Of a stretch of DNA of 40,814 bases, positions 7,928 through 16,308 are shown piece after piece. The DNA is taken from NCBI GenBank assembly GCA_964472345.1, contig CAYYLB010000003.1:1-40814 (forward strand), in the 5' to 3' direction. The notes below the pieces were generated by a model. It was not told the origin of the DNA, did not search any database, and saw nothing but the letters and a program-made list of their open reading frames with translations. The translations under genes and the position numbers were made by a program. Origin of the DNA: an uncultured Methanosarcinales archaeon. Its GTDB lineage: Archaea; Nanobdellota; Nanobdellia; Woesearchaeales; JAGLXL01. Numbering within the stretch: the first letter of the stretch is position 1; every line of letters starts with the position of its first letter.

Positions 7928-9973
7928 CTATGGCACCTCCCGTGAAACCCGCTTGCGCGATCGTTTCACACCATCCAGACGCGAGTGGATCAGCTGATCG
8001 GTGCTGCCCTCGCGGTAACTATGAACGCTCTTGCAGCCGAGCGCGTACGCCGCGGTGTAGAGCTCCTCGACCTCGCGGATCGTCGCGTGCGCCGGCAGGT
8101 TGATTGTCTTGCTGACGGCATTGTCCGTATGTTTCTGGAATGCCGCCTGCATGGCAAGGTGCTGGCCGACGCTGCAGTCATGCGCCGTGACGAAGAGCGG
8201 GCGCCACCGCTCAGGAATCTCCTTGATCTGCTGGATGCTGCCGGCGAGTGCGATGCTCTTCATGAGCGCCTCCGAATAGAAGCCTTCGCGCCGCGCGACC
8301 TGCTCGAACAGCGGGATGACCTCGAACGTCTCTGCGGTCGGCGTGCGCTTCACCGAGCTGATCGCAAAGTAGGGCTCGATGCCCTGGCTGCAGCCCGCGA
8401 TGATGCTCGCCGCGGCAGCCGCCATGATCGTCGTGCGGCTCGCGTTGCGCACTTTCTCGTTCCTCTTCGCCGAAGCGCTCTGCCGGTATGCGGCAAACGT
8501 GCCCCGCTGCTTCGCAAGCGCGCCGCTCGCTTCCCGCGCCTCGGTGCTGATGAACCTCATGAGCTTTTCGGCAAGCTTCAGCGCCTCGGGGCCCGTATAC
8601 GGGACGCCGAGCATGATGAGCGCGTCCGCCCAGCCGATGACGCCGATGCCGGCGCGCCGCGTGCGCTCCATGGATTCCTTGAATGTGCCGTTGGGGTAGG
8701 CACACAGGTCAATCGCGTTGTCGAGCATCCGGAGCGCGCTCCCCACCGCCGGCGCAAGGCGCGCCCAGTCGAACTCAGGTGCTGCGACGAAATGCGCCAC
8801 GTTGATGCTCGCGGTGAAGCAGCCCTCATACGGAAGCAGTGGGTGCTCGCCGGTGGGGATGGTCGCTTCGATCTGCAGGTCATCAAACGGGTTTGTCGGC
8901 GCCTTGTTCAGCTGGTCGAGGAAGACGACGGCGGGGTCGCCGGTGCGCCAGGAGATGGTCGCAATCATGTCGAGGACACTGCGCGCGCGCAGCTCCGTCA
9001 CCGCAGACTGCGTGTGGGGATCGATCAGCTTGTAGGTGCGGTCCTCCTCTGCCGCGCGCAGGAATTCCTTCGTGAGCAAAACGGCGGCGCCGAAGCTCTT
9101 CAGGCCGTAGCTCTCTTTTGCGGTGATGAAATCGATGATATCGGGGTGGTGCACGTTCAGGAACGCAAGGTTGCTGCTGTTCGGGTTGACCTGGTGCAGC
9201 GCACGGTCGTAGAGGCGCAGGAATGCGACGGGGCCGCAGGCGCGCACTCCCCGGCTGACGCTGCTTCCTTTCGGGCGGATGGGGGAAAACGAGATGCCAA
9301 GCCCAAAGCCGCGCTCCTGGTTCTTGTGCAATAATGCTGCCTGCGTCAGCGTCCCGAACAGGCTCGCGATGTCATCCTCGAGCGGCAGGACGTAGCCGTC
9401 GCTCAGCTGCTGCTGCCTCGTGCCTGCAGAGCGGAGGATGCTCAGGCTCGGCACGACATCCCGGTTCACCAGCAGGGTGAGAAGCCCCTCTTCCGCCGCG
9501 CGCGGATCGCCTCCGTAGGGCTTCTCGGCGCGCGCCAGCGCCCTGGCGACGCGCTCAAACATCTCGCGGGGCGTCTCGCGCGAGCCGTCTTCCTTCACCT
9601 GCAGCAGGCCGTACCTCCCGAGGATGCTCAGCGCGTCAAACGACAGCTTCAGGTCATCCACGATGCCCAGCGCGGACTTTGCCTCGCGCACAGCCTGCCG
9701 CTTCTGCCGGTAGAGGATGAATGCTCTCGCAGTCTGGCTGTGCCCCGCCTTGATCAGCACTTTCTCAAGCGTGTCCTGCACATCCTCGACCGTCGGGATC
9801 TTTTTGGTCCCGTATTCCTCGTCAAGGAGCTCCGCGACCTGCTGGGCAAGGATCGCTGCCTGCCCCTCATCGGTCCCCCCGACGGCCTGCGCCGCCCTCC
9901 ATATTGCGCTGCGGATCTTCTGCAGGTCGAAATCGACAACCCGCCCGTCCCGCTTCTCGAGTTTCTTGACCAT
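7928..9973 (-). CDS. ATP-cone-containing class II RNR paralogue lacking catalytic residues (pseudoenzyme)
   Basis: N-terminal ATP cone (KRDG...FD..KI...VEDVQD...AFILYR) and full RNR-like barrel, but SAC is SDG, NPCGE is IPTGE, APTGT is MAAAA, loop 2 is shortened and there is no C-terminal Cys tail; ORF uninterrupted. Confidence 0.85.
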   Translation of the reverse strand: MVKKLEKRDGRVVDFDLQKIRSAIWRAAQAVGGTDEGQAAILAQQVAELLDEEYGTKKIPTVEDVQDTLEKVLIKAGHSQTARAFILYRQKRQAVREAKSALGIVDDLKLSFDALSILGRYGLLQVKEDGSRETPREMFERVARALARAEKPYGGDPRAAEEGLLTLLVNRDVVPSLSILRSAGTRQQQLSDGYVLPLEDDIASLFGTLTQAALLHKNQERGFGLGISFSPIRPKGSSVSRGVRACGPVAFLRLYDRALHQVNPNSSNLAFLNVHHPDIIDFITAKESYGLKSFGAAVLLTKEFLRAAEEDRTYKLIDPHTQSAVTELRARSVLDMIATISWRTGDPAVVFLDQLNKAPTNPFDDLQIEATIPTGEHPLLPYEGCFTASINVAHFVAAPEFDWARLAPAVGSALRMLDNAIDLCAYPNGTFKESMERTRRAGIGVIGWADALIMLGVPYTGPEALKLAEKLMRFISTEAREASGALAKQRGTFAAYRQSASAKRNEKVRNASRTTIMAAAAASIIAGCSQGIEPYFAISSVKRTPTAETFEVIPLFEQVARREGFYSEALMKSIALAGSIQQIKEIPERWRPLFVTAHDCSVGQHLAMQAAFQKHTDNAVSKTINLPAHATIREVEELYTAAYALGCKSVHSYREGSTDQLIHSRLDGVKRSRKRVSREVP

Positions 9974-9974
9974 G

Positions 9975-10415
9975 TCAGTTTTTCAGCAGCGCGAGCTCCT
10001 CCTCGAACAGCTTGGGATCGGTAAATGCCTTGCAGACGCTCGCAAAGCGCAGATAGGCGACATGGTCGAGCCTGCGGAGCTCTTTCATCACCGTCTCGCC
10101 GATCACGGTGCTGGGGACTTCTGCCTTGCGGAGGCGGTAGAGCTTCCGCTCGACTTTCTCGGTGAGCTGCTCGAGCTGCTCCTGCGTGATGGGCAGCTTG
10201 TTGCACGCCTTGAGAAGGCCGCTGAGGATCTTCCCGCGCTGGAAGGGCTCCCTGCGGCCGTCTTTTTTCATGACGACAAGCTCCAGGGAGGCGATCTCGC
10301 GGGTCGTGAAGCGCTTCGCGCACTTTTCGCACTCGCGGCGGCGGCGCACCTCCTGCTCGGTCACACGGCTGTCAACCACCCGCGTATCAGCAAATGAGCA
10401 GAATGGGCAGCGCAT
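9975..10415 (-). CDS. nrdR: Transcriptional repressor NrdR
   Basis: MRCPFC...VVDSR...RRRREC..C..RFTT zinc ribbon, ATP cone KKDGRREPF, LDHVAYLRFASV; GGTGA ribosome-binding site. Confidence 0.95.
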   Translation of the reverse strand: MRCPFCSFADTRVVDSRVTEQEVRRRRECEKCAKRFTTREIASLELVVMKKDGRREPFQRGKILSGLLKACNKLPITQEQLEQLTEKVERKLYRLRKAEVPSTVIGETVMKELRRLDHVAYLRFASVCKAFTDPKLFEEELALLKN

Positions 10416-10580
10416 GTCAGTCACCCGGCGTGCGGCAGCTCAGCGGCGTCCATTGGGGAAGAGAGCTCCGTCAGCGCAGCCGCCTGCATCATGAAGCCGC
10501 GCTTCAGCCGCGCGCGCACCAGCCCCTGCCTGCCGTCGAGTTGCACGTTCCCCTCACAGATAGACACGATTCACTGATAA

Positions 10581-10596
10581 CCACAACATATTGTGT
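10581..10596. promoter_or_regulatory. NrdR box 1
   Basis: ccaCaAcATaTtGtgt matches the consensus acaCwAtATaTwGtgt. Confidence 0.8.
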
Positions 10597-10612
10597 TATT
10601 ACTCATAAATTA

Positions 10613-10628
10613 CCACAACCTCTAGTAG
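10613..10628. promoter_or_regulatory. NrdR box 2
   Basis: ccaCaAccTcTaGtag, a weaker match, starting 32 bp from box 1 (typical tandem spacing). Confidence 0.65.
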
Positions 10629-10646
10629 AAAGGAAACATGAGCGCC

Positions 10647-10660
10647 TTTTTAAGCATTTT
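10647..10660 (-). promoter_or_regulatory. Candidate BRE-TATA promoter of the nrd operon
   Basis: AAAATG-CTTAAAAA on the minus strand, similar to other promoters in the window; predicted start near 10623, inside NrdR box 2. Confidence 0.5.
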
Positions 10661-10728
10661 TGCAATTGAATATAGCAATGCGCACATAGCTATTTGATTG
10701 GGACACCACTTGAGAGTTTGAAAGAGGG

Positions 10729-11185
10729 TTACGCTCTCAGGTGGCAGGGATAGGTATGGGGGAAATCTTCGTGTGTTTCTTCAAGAGCACCGATCGTTGT
10801 GCGGGATAATCCGAGCATCCGTGCAGCATCCTCCGCCTTTTTTGCCATACGGGCGATTTTCTTCAGTTCCTCCGCCGTTTTCGCGTTCGCTGCCGTGATT
10901 GACTCGTATCCAAGCCCAAAAAGAGTATGCAGAAGCCAGCGGTGGCTATACGCAGAAACCCCCAAGTTCTTGAAAGTACTCCTGTATCGGGTGGCAATCC
11001 TGGGGAAACCGGCGGTAGCTTTCCCACTCCTCGAGCACCGAATGCTCCATTCCCTCGACCAGCACTGCTGGATCTTTGTAGCCTAATTTCCGCAGGAGCA
11101 CGGCGACAGCGCCATTTATTTCGATAGAAACAAGCCCATCAATGGAAGCGACACGAGAAGCTCCATTTGTGCCCTGAGCGCGCAT
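10729..11185 (-). pseudogene. Hypothetical gene split by a frameshift in a G5 run; paralogue of 11300-11761
   Basis: ORFs 10946-11185 and 10729-10965 join if one G is removed from the run at 10959-10963; TTTTAAAA box at 11207-11214. Confidence 0.5.
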
Positions 11186-11299
11186 GGGAATTCCGCAGGA
11201 GGCTGGTTTTAAAAACACTTCGCTGGTGGAAAGAAAGAATCACGCAAGGGGCTCGCAGCCGTGTGAATCACACCGGCGTAAATCACGTGGGGAAACAGA

Positions 11300-11761
11300 T
11301 TAATCGTAACTTGGCCCTGACCAAGCCCCGGGCCGCTGGCGCACTCGACACTCATTAACAGGAACCCCTCTCCCTTGCCAATGGTTTGTTGCATACCCAA
11401 GAAGCAGGCTCCAGAGATTGTCGGGGCTGAGCCCGGCTGCAGAATGGATCGCTTCGGAACCTTCCTTACAGAGCTTATCTAATCCATCGCACAGAAAGGG
11501 GGAAAGGTCATCGGGTTCTTCGAGAAATGAGTGCTGAGACCGTGGTGCTGCACCATCGAGGCCTAATTGGTTGAAAAGCTTACGGCCATCACCATTTGCC
11601 CCCAGCCATTGAGCATAAACTGAATAATCCGCTCCGCGCACGGATGCAGCGGCGTTGCCATAACCAAGCTTGCCAAGAATTTCTGCAATCGGCCCATTCA
11701 GCCGCATCGAGTTTCCATTCATTGCGGGGTGGGTCCCGGATGACGAATGAGGATGGGCCAT
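11300..11761 (-). CDS. Hypothetical protein (NG..A..L.KLGY motif)
   Basis: ATG 21 nt from TTTAAATA (11783-11790); shares a ~34-aa block with the downstream gene. Confidence 0.6.
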   Translation of the reverse strand: MAHPHSSSGTHPAMNGNSMRLNGPIAEILGKLGYGNAAASVRGADYSVYAQWLGANGDGRKLFNQLGLDGAAPRSQHSFLEEPDDLSPFLCDGLDKLCKEGSEAIHSAAGLSPDNLWSLLLGYATNHWQGRGVPVNECRVRQRPGAWSGPSYD

Positions 11762-11930
11762 AAACAGAAACAAATGGAGTTCCTATTTAAAAGTTTATAT
11801 TCTTTAAAATTTATATAATGTTGAGTGCCAAATCCCGAATCAAAATTTAGTGGTAACCCTAAGGTAGTAAAAGTAGAAACGTTTAAGAACTGCCAGCACC
11901 GGCGCACGGCAAAACAGCAGAAAACCGGCA

Positions 11931-13271
11931 ATGAAAATCGCAAAACGGACACGTTCGGCAATTGCGGCGTTGGCGCTCGTACCGCTTGCCTACATCGCGA
12001 CAAAAGACAACGCTCCACCCCCTTACGGCGCACCGCCGCCAGCGCACCCTCCCGGGCATGAACTCCACGTCCGAACGATTCCGGCAGGCGCTGCATGGCC
12101 GCTGCCGTGGGAAGCGCCGGAGTGCGCGGAGCGAAGAGTGATACCAGCATACCAGCACAGGCTGGAAGAGGTGCTGATGCACGAGCTGCCGACGATTGGG
12201 CTCCAGCTGCCGCTGCTCAACAGCCTCCCTGATGACGCGCGCGTGACGCTGCTTGTATGATGGCCAGGCGAAGCACAAAGGTGCATCAGGCAGGCGCTCA
12301 ACGACGGCTCGCTCATCCACGCGGCGATTGAGCTTGCGTCAACGAGAGTGCCAATCTGCAAGTGGGCGCAGGACATCGGCGAAGTCGTTGCGACGCCGCA
12401 CGGCAGCGAGCTGCTCATCCCACCCTATCACATCAGCAATGAAGAGAAGCACGTAACCGACGGCCTTGTCTCCGCGCTCCAGCTCCACGGGTTCCGCGCG
12501 CGCCAGGCAGGTGTCTACTTTGAAGGCGGAAACGTCACCTGCGACCGCTTCAACGGGGGCTCGATCCTCTTCGTCGGCGAGGGCGACTTCGTGACCGCAC
12601 GGGCACACGGCGAGCGGATGAGCGAGGATGCATGGGCCAAACGGCTCCAGCGTGAGTTCAACGTTGGGCAGGTCGAGGTGATGGCGCGGGGCCAGTCCCA
12701 CACGCCCGTGTACCATCTTGATCTTGCGTTCAGCATCATACGGCCAGGTGAGGTTGTTGTGATGGACCTCGAGGGACTCACGGAGCGCGACGTGAAGCGG
12801 ATCACGGGCGAGCTTGGCTCACGGGCACGCCTGCTCGGGAAGCGGCTGCGCGGGCTGCGCCATGACGACCCTGCACGGCGGAGCGTGGCTGATGAGTACT
12901 GGTTTCTGGTTGACCGTGCACTGGCATCGGACAGGGGGGCGCTCCAACAGACCCACGGGATCCTCCGGCAGATCCAGGAGCACTTCGCTTCACTCGGCTA
13001 CACGGTGCACCGCTTCCCTGCAGACCCGCTTCAGATGCTCTGCTATCAATCATATGCCAATACGGTTCCATTCGCGAGCCGGGAGACGGGAGCGCCGTCA
13101 ATCATTGTTCCGGTATTCCCCGCCATCGATGGGCGATACGAAGAAGGGCTGGCGCAGAACGAGAAAGCACTGCAGTTCTACCGCAAGCTCGGCTTGTGCG
13201 TGATTCCCGCCAGGAGCGGCACCGCACACCTCATGGGAAGCGTCGGCTGCTTGGTGAAACCTATCAGGTAG
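11931..13271 (+). pseudogene. Exported pentein-superfamily (agmatine/peptidylarginine deiminase-like) gene with one in-frame TGA at 12258-12260
   Basis: ORFs 11931-12260 and 12348-13271 share a frame with no other stop between them; motifs WAQD, FEGGNV, HLD and C-terminal GSVGC; N-terminal signal/anchor. Confidence 0.7.
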
Positions 13272-13293
13272 TTACTGCTCATCGGGGCCTTGG

Positions 13294-14661
13294 TTACTCC
13301 ACTCTGGCGCACGCCCGCTGCACGACCTCGGAAAGCGCGGGATGGACATGCACCGTGCGCGCGACATCGTCCACCGTCAGCCCGGCGCGCATCGCCACAA
13401 CGGCCTCGTGGATGAGCGTGCTCGCGTCAGTGCCGATGATGTGGCAGCCAAGGATCTTCCGCGTCTTTCGGTCGGCATACACCCGGACAAACCCATCATG
13501 GTCTTCCAGCGCCGCCCCCATGCCAGTGTCAATGGTTTGGTACTGGCCAATCGCGTACGAAGCCTTTCTGGCATCGAGCTGCTGCTGCGTCTCTCCCACA
13601 CCGGCAATCTGCGGCGAGGTGAAAATCGCGTGCGGCATCGCCGTATAATCGACTGCGGCTTTCCTGCGGCGCAATGCGTTCTGCACGACGTACTGAGCCT
13701 CGAGGTTGGCGCTGTGCTTGAAGAGGAACCTGCCCGCAATGTCGCCCAGCGCCCAGACGTTCTTTGCGCTTGTCTCCAGGTACTCGTTCGTCTTCACAAA
13801 GCCGTGCTCGTTTACGGCAATGCCTGCTTCCTGCACCGCAAGGACGTCCGTGTTCGGCACCAGGCCCGTGGCGACCAGCAGCTGGTCGGAAACGAGGGTT
13901 CTCTGGCGCCCCCGCCCGGCGCTTGGCGCGATGCTCGTGAGGATGGCATTCCCTTTCTTCCTCACCGAGAGCGCATGGTGGCCGAGGAACGTGCGGAAGC
14001 GCTTCTGCGCGATCCGGGTGAATGCGGCAGCGACGCGCCGGTCCTCATTGGGGATCAGCAGCGGCGCGTTCTGGATGATGCTCACCTCGGTCCCCAGGGC
14101 GCCGAAGAAATGCCCCAGCTCCGCGCCGATGTAGCCGCCGCCGATGATGGTCAGCTTCCTGGGCTGCCTGCGGAGCCGCAGCGCCTCCTTGCTCGTGAGG
14201 AAGGGAACGCGCTCAAGCCCCTCGACCTTGGGGATGCGGGGCCTCGTTCCCGCGGCGATGATGACTTTCTCTCCCCGGATCACTTTCTTCCCCACCTGGA
14301 GGGTGCGCTCGCCGACAAAGCGGGTGCGCGCCCTGAAGAGCGTGCTGTTCGGGTCGCTGCGGATGCCGCGCTCGATGCTCGCCGCGTCCGCATCGACGAT
14401 TCTGTCAACGCGCTCCACCATCCTGCGGAAGCCGATCCGCACGGCGCGGGGATGGATCCCGAACAGCGGCGCGCGCTTCAGCAGCTCCATGACATCCGCG
14501 CTGTGGATCAGCATCTTGCTCGGGATGCAGCCGCGGTTCAGGCAGGTGCCGCCCAGGGGCCCTTCCTCGACAATGGCGACCTTCAGCCCCATCCCTGCCG
14601 CTGCAGCCGAGACCGTCAGGCCGGAACCGGCGCCGATGACGATGATGTCGAAGGTTTCCAT
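13294..14661 (-). CDS. Class I pyridine nucleotide-disulfide oxidoreductase (dihydrolipoyl dehydrogenase/mycothione reductase-like)
   Basis: GAGSG, redox motif GGTCLNRGCIPSK, GGGYIG, ALGD, HPALSE. Confidence 0.9.
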   Translation of the reverse strand: METFDIIVIGAGSGLTVSAAAAGMGLKVAIVEEGPLGGTCLNRGCIPSKMLIHSADVMELLKRAPLFGIHPRAVRIGFRRMVERVDRIVDADAASIERGIRSDPNSTLFRARTRFVGERTLQVGKKVIRGEKVIIAAGTRPRIPKVEGLERVPFLTSKEALRLRRQPRKLTIIGGGYIGAELGHFFGALGTEVSIIQNAPLLIPNEDRRVAAAFTRIAQKRFRTFLGHHALSVRKKGNAILTSIAPSAGRGRQRTLVSDQLLVATGLVPNTDVLAVQEAGIAVNEHGFVKTNEYLETSAKNVWALGDIAGRFLFKHSANLEAQYVVQNALRRRKAAVDYTAMPHAIFTSPQIAGVGETQQQLDARKASYAIGQYQTIDTGMGAALEDHDGFVRVYADRKTRKILGCHIIGTDASTLIHEAVVAMRAGLTVDDVARTVHVHPALSEVVQRACARVE

Positions 14662-14708
14662 CGCAGGGAAAAGGAGGAACCGGCGATATAAAAAGGTTTG
14701 TTTTGACC

Positions 14709-14934
14709 GGCGTTATTGAAAAGTTCGCCAATGCCCTAAAATCACCGCAGTGATTTGGGTCCCAGAAGCGCACTTCTGCGGACGGCAAGTGAGCGCCGGC
14801 ATAAGCGGGACGCCTGCCAGGCTTTAGCTCGACTCGAGTCCGAAGGACAAGCGAATCGAGCGCCTCGGACTCGGTACGAGGCTCAGGAAAAGCGCACTTT
14901 TCCGCGTGGCGAACGGGAACTTTTCAATAACGCC
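14709..14934. mobile_element. MITE-like element, 226 bp
   Basis: Perfect 18-bp terminal inverted repeats GGCGTTATTGAAAAGTTC; flanking near-duplication TTTTGACC/TTTTGGCC; internal hairpins; no transposase. Confidence 0.75.
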
Positions 14935-14956
14935 TTTTGGCCTTCTCTGAAAAGAA

Positions 14957-16141
14957 TTAAACCTGGCCTTGTTCGGAACTTACCTTATCGCTGATATAGG
15001 TACCAAGGAGATGGTGAAATAACCTGTATCTCCCCCTATCGACTCGAATGATAGCCCCATCTTGAACGAGTTTAGCCAAGTTCGGTGAGAGTTCATTGTA
15101 CTCCTTGCCTAAAGATTGCGATAATTCGGCAATTGTCGATTCACCATTTTTATTCTTTGCCAGCTGGTTCAATATTTTTTTACTTTTGCGGCCCGCTTGA
15201 TCGTAAAATCGGGAAAAGAACGGTACAAGCGTCCTGCTCACAAACTCCAGATCTGCAGCCTTGAGATGCTGCTCATTCAAGCAATCCTCATGAGGGGATA
15301 GTTTCGTATACGCCAGCTCCATATAAGCTGAAAGTACGAAAGGATGCCCTTCAGTAACTTCATAAACTTTCTGTATAGTGCCGCCATCCACCTTAATCTG
15401 GCTCTTACCTAATTTTTTTTGAATAAAGGTTTGGCACTCGACCTGACTGAAGTTCTCCAGTATCGCTGGAGGGAAAGTTCTCACAAGGGGAGAAAAACCA
15501 CTGCCTGAGGGGCCTGAGATGGTCAGCTTGCCGGCAGGAATGATCATCACGGGGGTGTAGGTTACTTGTAATTGTTCCAGTACCGCTCTTAGGTATAGAA
15601 CCAGATCTGCCCTATTCTTTTCAAGGACTCTTGCCTCATCCAACAAGAACACGATTGCCCTTTTGTTGCCTTTCAGCGCATTCCAAGCCGCTTGCAATGC
15701 TGCCTGCAGATTGAGGTAGGGTTCTGTATCTTCACCCATAGACAGTTCAAGCCCCCCATCCGTCTTTATTCTTATTTTCTGAAGAATCTTGAGTATTCCA
15801 GAAGAAACCCTTTGTAAAATAACCTCCTCCCTAACCTTCTCTTGCACCCTTTTGATGAGAACTCGGGCAAGAGTTTCCCTATTAGTGATGTTATCAACCT
15901 CATTCATAGAAAAATAGATCGCTAGAGCACCAAATTCTTCTGCGATAACTTTACATTTATGCAGGAATGAAGTTTTGCCGACACCATAACCTCCCACCAC
16001 AGCCATATTCGCTAAAGAGCCGCCGGATGTTTGGTTGAGTTTTTGTCTAAAATTCTCAAGCTCGGCTATTCTTCCTACGAAATCTTGAGGGTCTACCGGC
16101 GAGCCGGGGTTAAATGGGTTTGGTGCTTTTTGCGCAGTCAT
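14957..16141 (-). CDS. Archaeal-type P-loop (STAND-like) ATPase with C-terminal winged helix
   Basis: NPF.PG...FVGR..EL, Walker A GGYGVGKT, Walker B FLLDE, GHP motif; much lower GC than its flanks. Confidence 0.85.
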   Translation of the reverse strand: MTAQKAPNPFNPGSPVDPQDFVGRIAELENFRQKLNQTSGGSLANMAVVGGYGVGKTSFLHKCKVIAEEFGALAIYFSMNEVDNITNRETLARVLIKRVQEKVREEVILQRVSSGILKILQKIRIKTDGGLELSMGEDTEPYLNLQAALQAAWNALKGNKRAIVFLLDEARVLEKNRADLVLYLRAVLEQLQVTYTPVMIIPAGKLTISGPSGSGFSPLVRTFPPAILENFSQVECQTFIQKKLGKSQIKVDGGTIQKVYEVTEGHPFVLSAYMELAYTKLSPHEDCLNEQHLKAADLEFVSRTLVPFFSRFYDQAGRKSKKILNQLAKNKNGESTIAELSQSLGKEYNELSPNLAKLVQDGAIIRVDRGRYRLFHHLLGTYISDKVSSEQGQV

Positions 16142-16308
16142 ATTCTTCCCAATAGTATTGTCAAATTATAATACTATATAAATATTTCTGTAGTATAAAA
16201 TATAACAAGTATGCGACTCATAACCTCAAATACGACGACAGGCTGTCGCGCCCGCTCACAATCGCTTTGCGTAATGACTTACTGAAATGGCCGAAGAACA
16301 GCAAGCAG

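Noticed and set aside
5273..9334. Long plus-strand ORFs (658 aa, 449 aa) opposite the RNR genes
   Set aside because: Antisense shadows expected from high-GC codon bias; no motifs, and the opposite strand encodes clear proteins.
7928..9973. Reading the two RNR genes as a split NrdJa/NrdJb enzyme or an intein-split gene
   Set aside because: Both span the whole barrel rather than complementary halves, the downstream protein already has its Cys tail, and no intein motifs are seen.
10955..10963. G GGT TTC as a programmed -1 frameshift site
   Set aside because: The plausible continuation is in the +1 frame; the -1 frame closes sooner and shows no similarity to the paralogue.
12258..12260. In-frame TGA as selenocysteine or genetic-code reassignment
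   Set aside because: Not at the catalytic Cys position, no SECIS-like element recognised, and TGA is a normal stop in many genes here.
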